Source: Amphiscolops sp. MND2022 (lineage: Eukaryota). Taken from it: 64,000 nt of DNA. This document shows positions 49,310 through 61,281 of this stretch, piece by piece (the first letter of the stretch is position 1; every line of letters begins with the position of its first letter). Location of the stretch: the NCBI GenBank assembly GCA_964187785.1, contig OZ076409.1, positions 45,942,001 through 46,006,000 of the forward strand, given 5' to 3'. Both the position numbers and the translations under genes were made by a program. The notes beneath the pieces are model-generated. The model was not told the DNA's origin, made no database searches, and was given only the letters and a program-made list of their open reading frames with translations.

Positions 49310-49790
49310 TGTGCTATAGTAATTGTTCCAAAAATTCCATGTCCAAAGGCAAACAGCAAACTAATACGTTTTTGAGAACCCGTTTGGTATTGAGGGATTG
49401 GTAAATGCTAAGGAGAGTGTTGATAAGAAACTGTATGAAAAGGGCAGTGGACAATGTTTTTTCACACTCAGTTATTATGTAGCATGAGTATGCAAATCGT
49501 TCAATAAAGCATTGACAGAATATTCAGATGAAACAAAAGGAGTCATAATTAACGTAGAGTCACTAGGATTTATACGGAGTGATTTGTAAGGATTATTGAA
49601 GTTGAAGTTAGAGAATTTCAATTCGTAAACACATAGCTCATGACTTTACACAAAAACTGTTTTATTGAAGTGTTTAGCAAAGAGAACCCGATTCCAAAAC
49701 TGTTTGATTACTTTTCGAGAATACATTCCTGCTTTTTGAGCAGTGAAAGTGTTTGGGCTAACAGCATTTTGGATGTGTTATGGTCAAAAC
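49310..49790 (-). pseudogene. Env-like glycoprotein C-terminal remnant
   Basis: HIQNAVSPNTFTAQKAGMYSRKVIKQFWNRVLFAKH...NPYKSLRI.../FIERFAYSCYIITECEKTLSTALFIQFLINTLLSIYQ: an ectodomain-like stretch followed by a hydrophobic TM-like segment. One stop and one frameshift. Confidence 0.4.
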
Positions 49791-50269
49791 GTAAAGGAGG
49801 GTCTTTTTAATAGCTTGTGGAGTTGGAAAAAAACTGATCAGTGTCTGGGACTAGCGCTAATACAGTTTGGGGATTGTTTTCAAGGAATTTGATTTGTGTA
49901 TTCAATTGTTTGTTTTGGAGGATCAACATACATTACAGTGTCTTTTTAATTAACAGCTATTTTATCATAACAGTTTTCTGCTATGTACAGAGACGCGAGA
50001 TGATGAGGACGATCAAAAATTGCGAGGCGTTGGATCCTTCAACATAAAAGATTTTATTTCTATTTCGGAAAACAAGCAATTTGTCGTTTTTTTAGTCGGC
50101 GCTTTTCATAAGAAAAGAGTCGCCTATAGTCATGGCTTTTCGTCAGTGTTTTTTAAGACATCTGAACTGACCAAAATAGCTCTACCAAAAGTTCTACAAA
50201 GTTTTCAGAAGACGCCAAAATGTACCTGTAGGCCCAAGGAACTGAGCCAAAAAGGTTTCCCGCGTTAAA

Positions 50270-50350
50270 TACAATACCGGACGAGACCAAAGGGTCCCTG
50301 AAGGTCCCTTCAGATTCTTTCGGCACTGTGCGACTTGTTTCAAAAAAAAT
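50270..50350 (+). repeat. Fragment of HINE central subrepeat
   Basis: aaagggtcccc-like and ttcggcactgtgcgactt sequences are the reverse complement of subrepeat motifs at 53540-53710. Confidence 0.5.
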
Positions 50351-53300
50351 TCCCCATGAAAGGGTTTAAAGACATAACTTTTGGATATTCAATTATTGTA
50401 ATGAAGTGAGCTTCACTATCGAAAGTTGCGAAAATATTAGAGGTATTCAACAGCAGGAAAGGATGTGTGCGTGTCATTTTGAATGAGTTATCGGCAAATA
50501 GGTTGGTTTGAAAAACGAGCAAAGTGTATTTCCCGGTAAATGAAGAAGATGTCTAGTGTGCATGTTCAATCCTTCTTTATGAGTAGTAGAGAGGCCAGGG
50601 TATTGAGTTGAACGTAGAGGTTTGTGTTTGTTTCTTTTGTGATTCTGGGAAACATTCAATTCTTCACAGGCGTTTTTGAGATTTGAAATCATGGTAAATA
50701 GTTTCGTGTGAAACGTAGGATTGCCTGAAGATTTGTTCAGTATCTAGCGAAGTATCTGTTACTGATGTTAGTCATTCGGCCAATAAAAGTGTGGATTTCA
50801 AAAACTAAGCAAAGATCATCGGAGGACCATACTGTGGTCTAAGGTGTTAAAACGGTTGTTCTACAGAAACTAACTATCCACGCGTTTGTTGTGCATTAAT
50901 ACGTAAAATTAGTGAAATTTTGATCGATCACCGAGTTTTTGAACTGGTTAATTTTGGTCCCTGTCGTCAGCACTTTCATTAGCACTGTCTAATTACTAAT
51001 CAGTTGTATCACTATGTAGGAGGAGTGATTCATAATTATGTAATTCGATCGGCTGATTCACACTGTGTATGCGAGTCAAGCGGTGGAACAAAATTGCCCT
51101 GTGTGTTTACCAGAACCAACCGTAAGTACCAGAACCACCTGTAACAATGAGATGGACAGCGTAGGTTGCCAAATTGCGAAAAAAATTCGATGTAAACTAG
51201 TCAATTCCTGTGAACCCTGAAGCTGTAAACTGGCCAATTTACGAAGCTGTCTCAACTAGTGTAACTGTTTATCAATGCTTGTAATGTGTGACAAGTGTGA
51301 ATTTTCCAGAAAAACATTCGCGCTTTGACTGGATGAGAATCGAACTAGAAGGTTAGAATGTGTCAAGAGATTTGTGCGTGGGCAAAACTAGGGAATTAAA
51401 TTAGTACCTTTGAACTATGAAACTTTGAGGGTATTTTTGAATCAGAAAGAGTTTGCAATTTTGAAGGTGGATGTTTCAACATTATAGCAAGTGGTTGTAT
51501 CAATGGGGTTAGCGTTAAGGTCAAGTGAGCGCAAAAAAGATATGAGAAGAATAAATTGAAAGTGAAAACGATTTAGATTTTTTCGATTGCCAGAACGAAA
51601 ATTGAGAGAGTTGAAATGCGATAAGAGGAAGGAATCATGTTTATGAAAGGAAAGTTTGCTTTAGATTGAGGGTTTTTGAGAATTTCATGTGACAGAGTGC
51701 TATTCAGAATACATAGCTGTTTAATTATTTCAAACATGTTAGGTTTTGTTTTAGCGAGCGGGAGGACATCGTCAATATGAACAAGCGCGAAGTCTTGATC
51801 GGTGACAAGGAGTACATTTGTTTTGTAAGTACACCTGAAAGACTTTAACACCGTTCTAAGCTTCAAAAACTTCGTCTATGTTATAGATTACGCGTTTGAG
51901 TAGTGAGCGTCAACGAAGGTTTTCATAGTATTTCCTCTTGGAACAATAATGAGTGGGTTTAGCATGTTGTAACAGCTGCTTGATCCCTTCACTTGACCAA
52001 ATTTTAAACCGCCCTGAATGCGGTGCTCAGTACTGCGGATCGTTACCTAACAATGCTTTCTTCTTAGAATAAAAGATCTCTACTTTGCTCAGTGGGACAG
52101 ATGATCCTGAAATGCATTGTTCCTTTTTCCAACGTTTGCAACGCTCCACAAAAAGTTTAGAGTAACTAAATTAGTTGCCCTAAGTCTTTGGCGAAAAGAC
52201 GAAAAGGAGTCAGTTGAGATTTGAAGTGGTCCTAGGACCCACTTATTTACACTATGGTATTGGCAATGTAAAAAAAACCATCGGAAGTCTTGAACGCTGG
52301 TAAGGTGGTCTCAAATGATATTTCAACAGAAAGTGAAAATCATCGATTCAAAGTTATGGAACTTGCAGAAGTGTCATAGGTGTTATCACATTCTTTGTAT
52401 TTCGAGTAATCGACCTCGAAACGTACACATAAGAAGCGTAAAGGGGGTTATAATTAGAGGTTGACCTTGAAACTTGATCAAGGTGTTTGTGTTGGGTACA
52501 TGCATACATTGCCAAATTTCATGGCTCCATGACTAACGGAATTCGATAAATCCTGTTTGGGGGTTCAATTTTGTGATGGTTGACATTTCTGTAATTTTCC
52601 AACAAAGTTGAGACGAGTGTAAGTTCTTGTTTTCATCCATCATGCTTCACGTCAACTTTCTTCTCATCCAGTGGCGTGACTCCGAAAAATGGCATTTTCG
52701 ATATTTCACAAGCATAGATTTGTGATTATTCGTGTGTATTCATCAGTGTCATGAAATCCTTCAATTTGAATCGTTTTTAAACAAGCGCAACAAGTAGGTG
52801 GTTTATATTCAGTAGGCTGTAGGAGCGATTTAGAAAAATGAATGAAACAAGACGATAGCTAAGCACCGGGACATTTTCCGCCTTCTTCGCCTTCACCAAT
52901 TGGGCCATAGCTGTGGCTCCAACTGAGTCGTAGCTTTTTTAGTTACCTGACTGGTTTAGTTAGTTACTTGTAAATAAAATGGTCAAGTAACTACAATTGT
53001 CGAGTGAAGTGGATGGCAATTGTGGAGGTTTGACAGAATTTGCCAAAAAACGCAACACAGATTACGATTTTCCCTCCCCCAGTATATGTGACGGAAAAAA
53101 GTATTAGACTAAAGAATCGCCAATATGCCCTTGGTAGCGTGTAGGTCTCACATTGGTGGCAGTAAGTGGTAAGGAGTAGGTGGTGGGATAAATTTGGACA
53201 ATATGAATGAAAAAAAGAATAGACTAAAAAGTGCCATCAGTAGCTCTGTAGCGTGCAGGTCTCGTAATGGTAGCAAGTACGTTGATATATCCGTCGTGAC

Positions 53301-53429
53301 TTGGTGAAAGAGTGGCAGAATGACGAATTTATTTTTTGGATCAATACTGAACAGTTATTAAAATCAGGTTGAGAGTTTTGATACTCTTGCAGAAAGTTGA
53401 AAGTTGGAATGGGGCGTTGTTGAAATAAG

Positions 53430-53917
53430 AAAAAAGACGAGAACGTCTAAAGTCGGCGCCATATCTAAGGCTCAAAAAGCGTAAAACACTTTTTTTGGAA
53501 AAAAATTGAAATTTTTGAAAAAAAATTTTCTTTCAAAAGAAGTCGCATAGTGCCGAAAAATGTAAAAGGGGGGACCCTTCTGGATTTATTAACAAACATT
53601 CCGTTGCAAAATATCAAAAAACTCAAAGGGGGGACCCTTTGGGGACATTAAAAAATTTTCGAAAAAAGTCGCACAGTGCCGAAAAAAATCCAAAGGGGGG
53701 ACCCTTTGGGCACGTCCGGTTGTGTATGTTTCCTTGAAAAAGTAAAAACTGAAAGGGGGACCCTTTGGAGTAAAGTTTGCCTTCTGCGCAGAATTGCAGA
53801 ATTGTAAGAAAAATGGACCACTCAGAGTGAGATTGTCAACTGAAAAAAAAACAAAAAAAAACTACTCACTGTAAGAGTCGGGCTTTTTTCCTTAAGGGAA
53901 AAGGCGCCGACTAAAAA
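53430..53917 (-). mobile_element. HINE-like element, second subfamily
   Basis: Perfect 10-bp subTIRs AGTCGGCGCC (53451-53460) and GGCGCCGACT (53903-53912), hairpin AGACG-agaa-CGTCT (53435-53448), the same subrepeat motifs as 1945-2611, and an A/T-run at the end. Confidence 0.75.
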
Positions 53918-56900
53918 GAAGAGATGGAAGTTTCGTTTCTTTTTCCGATGTGCGGAACGTTGATAGTAAAATGAGTTGTAAAATAAAATTCAAAAAATCT
54001 GAAACGTTTTCTTTGAAATGTTTATTTTTAAAGGTTTAATTTATTAGAACCTGGGGCCAAAATAACCATTCTGTCTATAAGCAAAAGAAAAGAGAGATTA
54101 ATAATTGATCCGTGTGGTTTCTTAGAAGTTAGGATACATTTTCAATGTTCATAGTTTTGACGTTTTGCTCGAAGAAAGGAGGTTCCAAGTAAATTGTACC
54201 TAAATCTATTGTACCTATCATTGTTCTTGTGTTTTTATGGACAGATGTATGTAGTTTGGGGGCATTGTTGAAGGGTAATGGAACCTTAGCTTCCTTTCCA
54301 ACAGTGAAGTTTTGAAAATCAGCTTGGATGAGTGGACGTTTTGAGTTAGCTATTTGAAAATATTTTAAAAGTAGGTTCATCCAGAACAGAATCTGGAGCA
54401 CTTCTTTAAAGCTAGAGTAGTTTCATCTATGAAGTCTCGAAGAAATATTCATTGATGTTCTGCTGGTTCCAAATTGCATAGATTTAAACGCTAGTTGAAG
54501 TTGTGATAGCATTTGGTTGAGAAATTGTTTTGTGTATATCCCCAGTATTCAGATTAATTGTATCTACTGCATTGGTAGTAGAGGTGAGATGACATATTGA
54601 TTTCAAATTTAGGATCAGTTGAAGGAAGAGTAGCATTGTTGATGTATTTGCGGGTTTGTAAATTGGATTGGAGATAGAGTGAGATCTTTTTCGGTATCGT
54701 TCGAAGCGAACTTCAAAGGGTGGACGATGGGTTTTGTGATTTTGAGAAGAAGTGTTGTTTTAACAACGGATAATAGGAGAGTGATCGTGAGAATTAACGA
54801 CCGTATGGGCTTTGGTATGGACGATACCCATGAAATGAATGGTTTTGGTAGTTGTTGTAGTGAAAAGATTGTGAGGATTTCCATTGCTTTCGTTCGTAAC
54901 TTGATATTTTTCGATCAATTGTACTTGTAAATGTTACGTTGTTTGTCATATCATTTATGGCATGACTTTGAAGCGTTAGCGTAAAAAATACCGAGAATTG
55001 CGTGAGGAGATTCATTAAAGTGTTTTTTTAGATGAATTCTTGCGAGAAGTTCAGAAACGTTGGTAAAAAAGAATTTGGATTGGTTTATTTTCGTTTAACA
55101 TGATAGGTCGTCTACAGCTCACCTTCAAGTTTTTTCGAACCCCTCATTACACTTCTCTCAATATCAAAATGGATGATTCGGAAGAAAAGACTTTTGACCA
55201 AGTTGAAACCCAAGAACTTTTTTCTGGAATTTACACTCTCTCTGACGTTTCTCTTTCTCCTCGAATAAATCTCACGAAACCCAACTTTAAATCCAAACCT
55301 CAAGCTAAAAACACTTTTTGCCATTTTTAAACATTAAAAAACTACTCCGTCTGTTTGCTATACTTGTATTTTATTGACAAAATCTTTAGTTTTTGTCGAA
55401 AGTCCTCGAATGAAAATTTCGTTGCACTCAAGGTCAAATGTGAAAAGGTATTCATTGTAACAGCCGTGTTTAACAACAACATTATCGTTCTCTTTTTTTC
55501 CCTACAAAAAGGAGCGTCAACTTGGGCATGGTATGCATTAGGAGACAAATCTTGGTACTACCCGCTTTAGTAAAGTGGGTTTCAGTTACGCAGCGTAATA
55601 TGTTTACTTACTCCGTAAAATGGTCATTCAGCGTAAGTCAATCAAGATTGTCTGCTCCTGATGTTTTTTGTTGAGAGTAGAAATATTCTTTGGAAACCTG
55701 AAGAAAGCAGGGCCAGTCATTTTTTGTTTTGAACTTGAAGAAAATTCAGCGGTGACTGCGATGGGACAATATAATAGCGACATACGTCTAGAGGGTCATG
55801 TTAAATGTGCTTGTGTATCTAAGAGTTGATGTCACGAGTTGGAATGTTACTCTTGCACTAAGGTGAGCGATAAGGTTACAAGGCCGATAGGTGCGGTGAA
55901 TCATGCCATCAAAAAGTTTATTGGGATCAGAGAGCAGCTATAGGAACTGAAGGAGGCATTTGTTGTATTTGAATGGGAGGTGGTTGGTAAGGGTAGTGGT
56001 TCAATACAAAAGGATGAATTTTTGGGGCAACGGAGGTTGATTTAAAAGTTTGAAAATCATTGTGATTGAAAATCACAGACTGAAAAGAGTCGGAATTCAG
56101 ACTGTATGGAGGAAGTTTTCAAATGCATTCGAGATTGTGGTCGAGAGTTAACCTTGAGTTGACCAGAAAAATTCTAGGTCAATCACAAAATCGGTTGCAT
56201 AAATTTTAAACCGCAATATCTTCTGACTATTCAAGTCCGACAAACGACCTGTAGAGCGTGCGAAAGAGGAGAATCAGGGCTTTCAAATCAATTTTTGAAC
56301 TGTTGGGCTGGGTCCCACTTCGCCGCATTAGCTCCGAACTTTGCGCCAATATTTTGCAAGCGTCATGTCTCTGATTGGTGTTCAGCATGTTTCAAAACAT
56401 GCTGGGGCAACTTTGATCTAATGGGGATACCAATGGCATTAAAAGGCCACAAACAAAAACTGAAAAAAAACGAAAAAGCTACGCTCAATTTTTTTTTATT
56501 TTTGGTACCATTTTCTTGATTTCGAAGTCATCGTGCCAATATTCCGTTGAAAGGCGCGGAATGCTATGTAATGTTGTCTGAAAATAATATTCAAGAGTTT
56601 TTTATCATACAATCAGCTGGTGCGTTTAGGACTTTGCTGAAACTAAGTGTGCCAAATTTGTACCATTGGTCAAGTGGGGGTTAAAAGGATTTGAAGGAAA
56701 GGTAGTAGGTTACGGTAGAAGTGCAAGAGTGTTGACGTTGTGCTACTGTTTGACGGTGAGAAACTAGATGTTGAGGTTGATTAGCAAAAACTGTAGAGGA
56801 AGTATTCAGTAGACAAAAAGACGTTAAGATCAATCGACGTAGAAGGGTTATGAGTAAATTGTGTAAATGGAGGAAAGGTCGAGGGCGTTTTGTGAACCAA

Positions 56901-57274
56901 TGGTGAGTTTAGAATCGATGGTTGAGTAGTTACGACAGAAAGAGGTTGAAGATCCAAAATACGACGAGTGTAACCAATAGAATGTGTAGCACCATGGATG
57001 GTCGATGTGGAATAAAGATTTTTTTAGAGGAACATTGGAGGTTGCTTCAATTTTAGGCGGTTGAGGTTGATGAGTTGCATGAGGTTTACGGGGTCAGGAA
57101 GTACGAGGCTTTTGTCAATTAACGTAGACAAAAGTGACAAAATCAAAGAATGTGATTTCAAAACCGAGTTAATTAAAGCAAACAATGCTTATTTTCATTG
57201 TTTGATATAAAAGAAAAACGCACATCATGTTGATATTGTGTGGGAAAGTTCTTATTGTAATCCACCCGAGTTGA

Positions 57275-57493
57275 CAACCCAGGGAAATCCATCGGTGGCC
57301 ACCGATCTTCCACCACAGTTCCATCGGTAGCCACTTCCATCAGTGGCCGTAACAGTTTTTGCGGTGGCCACCGGTGGCCCACCGGTGGGTAATGGTGGCC
57401 ACCGATGGGCTATAGATGGGACCATCGGTGGGCTACGGTGGGCCACCGGAGGGCCGTCGATGAAAGGTCCCCAAAGGTTGGTTACCCTAGTTG
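57275..57493. repeat. GC-rich palindrome-rich MITE-like element
   Basis: Imperfect TIRs caacccagggaaa / ttaccctagttg. Interior built from GGTGGCCACC, CCACCGGTGG and CCATCG/CGATGG palindromes. Confidence 0.55.
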
Positions 57494-57589
57494 AAACTGC
57501 GGAAAAATTTTACGAGCACAGGCATACATGCACTGATCATCTTCGATAACTTTTGGAAAGTCGTAAGCAAGATCATTAGTAAAGTCCTA

Positions 57590-57929
57590 CAGAACGAAGA
57601 TCTGAAACCTATGAAAAACGTCGGAATAAGATCTAAAATCTCCAAAAATACATTGAATAAAATCCAAACCCTATGAAAAACACCGGAATAAGATCTAAAA
57701 TCACCGAAAAAACATCGCAATAAGATCTAAAATGACTGGAAAAAACACCGGCAGAAGATCTAAAATCACCGAAAAAACATCGGAATAAGATCTAAAATTA
57801 CTGGAAAATCACCGGAAGATTTTAAATCACCAAAAAAACACCGGAATAAGATCCAAAATCACCGAAAAAACATCGGAATAAGATCTAAACTCACTGAAAC
57901 ACAACGGACTCAGATCTAAAATCACCCTG
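57590..57929 (+). repeat. About 31-33-bp minisatellite, about 10 copies
   Basis: Unit cggaataagatctaaaatcaccgaaaaaaca(c/t). Confidence 0.9.
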
Positions 57930-60052
57930 TTTCTGTTGCAATTTCTGTTTATCAGAATAAGTGGTAGTTATGGCGTAAAACGTTTTGTGACAAAAATAAA
58001 AGATTTGAATTTGAGTTTTATTTTGTGGCTTTTTAGGGTTAAACTTTGAAAGAACTGATACTGAAAATGGTGAAGTTGTAATACATGAGTTTGTAACCAA
58101 TAATGAGGGTCATTTTCAAAAATTCCGTCTTGTTGAAGTTATGCAATTCAAAAAAATTCTTTTCGATCGGGAGTTTCATTGGCTGTTGGAGTGAAAAACT
58201 TTTGCAGTGAAAGATTTTTTCTTTGAGAGTGTTGATTTTTAAAAGCTCTGAACACGTTAGCAACAAAAGAGATGTTTTCAGGGTGAACATGTTTTCATTT
58301 GTAATTAGGTGTTTATTAAAGGTAGAGAAAAAGGAGGTTCATCAGGCGTTTCATTTAAAATTCAAGTTTCTGAATAATAAAATCATCTATGAAGAAAGGT
58401 GAAAATATTTTCAGGGTAGGTTGCAAAGGATAGTGGAACTGTATAGTTGTACATGTGGTTTTCAGGAAACTTAGAGAAGACATGATTAATCTCCCCTGGG
58501 ACACGTTTAATACAATCCAAGGCAAACGGGGGAGGTGTTATAGTTGAGCTAGTTGTAGTCATTATGAAGTTTTTAAGGTTCTAGGAAGGACAATTTACTC
58601 ATGGTGCCGAGAATTAAAGTCAAGGTATAGGTGATCAAGTATAATATCAATTTTGATAGAGGGTATTGTAAGTGGTGGACAGATAAACCTAACGGTAATC
58701 CGATGGAGTTTGAGATGAAGGTAAAACGAGAGAAATACTACACGTGTGAAGAGTAATATGAAAAAGGTAAACAGTTAGATATTTTCATGGAGACAATGAA
58801 AATATTTGAGAGATTGCATGTTTGAGGTAAGGGTGTGAAAAAAGGCAAAACATCATGTGGTAAGTTAATTGGCTGATAGGTTACAGCTTAGATTAGGGAG
58901 ATATTTTCGAAGCCAGTTTGATTTTTGTACCTTGGTATTGAGAAGTAGTTAAAAAGATGTTTGATTTACAATAGATTGAATTACTTTCAAGATAATTCTA
59001 GTGAATTCAAATAAGGTTTGAGCCAAGATGTGGAGATGAAAAGAATTAGGAGGTGATTTAGTAATAAATAACGATTATTAGGGAAAATGTTGAAAGGGTT
59101 ATTGCATGTGGACATAGAGTATACGTTTTGAAACCCTTTGGAGATGAATTAAATACAAAAGTGGTTTTGTTAAAATGACAAACTTGTGGAGGAAAAATGA
59201 GAAAATTAGGGCTAGACAGGGACGAAATTAGAAGAAATGGAACATAGAAGATTGATGTTTTCGAATCATTTAGAAGCAATAGAAAAACTCATCACAAATT
59301 GTACATCGAGCTGTTTGAAGCAAAAGAGATGTTGAATCCGGAAGAAGCGAAATCGATCCAGAATGAACTTAATTACAAATTTGTCTAAGACTAGGTCATC
59401 GATAGCAAGAAAACCACCAACTTAAAAGACTGTCATCAAAGTACAAACGATATTATTTGAAGGAGGCATTTAATGTGGAAAACCAAAATTAAACATGTAC
59501 CGACGGAGAATGCCGAATCAAGGAAATGCTTAGTGCAGAAAGAGATGTGATGTGTACCGACTTCAAGGTCGAAAAAATGTGTAGTTAGTCGACAAAGTCG
59601 AACCATCTTGCAGGGTAGTTGAGATGGGATGTGCCGATATACGATATCAATCAAGTTTTCGTTGGTTAGTACAAAAGAGGTTCGCGAGAAATGTCTAATT
59701 GAAACATCGAACCCCAGAATTTGGTTAGCGGAGAAAAAGATTTCGAACGACAGAAAGTCGAATCGGAAAGTTAGCGGAAAAGAAAATCGAAAAAGACAAG
59801 GTAAAAGACAGACTTGGTCGCACCAGTTAAAATGTTCGTTTTTTTCTATCAGAAAGTGATATTTTATAATGCTGATTCGTTTCATGTCAAGTTGATATAA
59901 AACTTCATTGAAGTTTTCAAAGAGATGCTAACAGAGCTGCAGTTATAAGGTCATATAAGCAACTCAGAAGTAAAAAAGTTTAAGGTTGTCTGGTTATAAA
60001 AAAAAATCAGACGTACTTTACAAGTGCTTTGTATAATGTGGTAGACAGAGTA

Positions 60053-60450
60053 CAGTAGCGTTCTAACTCAATGCAACCTCTTCAACGGTTTTCTAGGCAA
60101 ATATTATCAAATATCTCAGACTCTAGGGTTGCTAGGAAAGTAAACAAGGTATCAATTGAAAAGTAATTTGACAAGCTTTCTCACAAAAGTTTGTTTATTT
60201 TCATTTTCATAACCAAAGATGCCTCAAACCTGCGCTAAAGATAGAGCAAAGATTATAACTTTATATCGCAAAAAAATTAGTTTATCTCAGATTTCCAAAA
60301 TACTGAGCATCCATAAAAGCACCGTTTCACGTGTTATTCGGAGATTTCTGGTGTCACAGCCCGCTCCCGGTCTGGGATGTTGCTGCAAACGCATCGGAAT
60401 CGGGAGAGGACACGGCAGCAGCCTGCAATTCCCCAATTGGTATTTTAACT
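60053..60450 (+). mobile_element. Internally deleted Tc1/mariner element
   Basis: TA|CAGT start at 60051-60056. ORF 60219 encodes a Tc1-type N-terminal HTH (DRAKIITLYRKKISLSQISKILSIHKSTVSRVIRRF) and then loses similarity. Right TIR not clear. Confidence 0.6.
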
Positions 60451-61281
60451 ATTAGCTCCAAACATTAGTACTCAAATTTAAAATGAACATTGACTGAAAA
60501 TATAAAAAGTACGTCTTCTCTGCGCAAATCTCAAACAAAAATGAAAATAGGAAATTAGGTGAGCTAAAGTGATTTCACGCATTTCCGGCATTGACGTTTT
60601 TGTCATGTCAAAATAGGAACATCCGGTACCTGAAAAATGAAGCGAAACTACAACTGATGCGTTGATTTATATGTTGATGTTTGTAAACGTTATTTTGTCC
60701 CTAATCCAATATCCATCTTTGCAATCTTATCAAAATATCTTCCTAGCATCGTTCAAACAATCATAGCTCAAGATTTAGTCATAGCATTTGCCCGAGTAAA
60801 AATTCAAAATCAAGTAATAGTTGTTCACGCAAGCGTCATTTCGGGGTCAATTTTCCTAAGAACCAACGCTGTAAAACAGGGAATCATTTCTGGTTTGACA
60901 GACTGAAGTAATATCTATTTCCTGCTTGGGAGGAAACAAAAGGACGCCGGAAAGAAATGATATGATTATTGTTGATAACTAATACTGAATTAAAATGTGG
61001 TGTCTCAAAATTTGACGAAATGTCGACGCAAATTTGGGAATAAGATGATTTTTTCATCAAAAATACAGGAAATGACTAATTGTTCGAAAGTAATTGATCT
61101 TATTCCGTGATCAAATGATGCTAGGAGGGTATATACATGATGCTCTTAGATAATTGAGGGACTCAGTATTTTCTCTGTGAAAATCAGTTTTGTTACGCTT
61201 TCTCAGTTCCCAGATCGATTCTCAACTTTGTTGAAAATACAGTTCGAAATTGAAAATTCAAATTGAGTCTCTTCATTCATA

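Noticed and set aside
53100-53290. tRNA gene (gtagcgtgcaggtctcgtaat resembles an anticodon arm)
   Set aside because: Two short degenerate copies with no acceptor stem or T-arm/B-box, so no cloverleaf.
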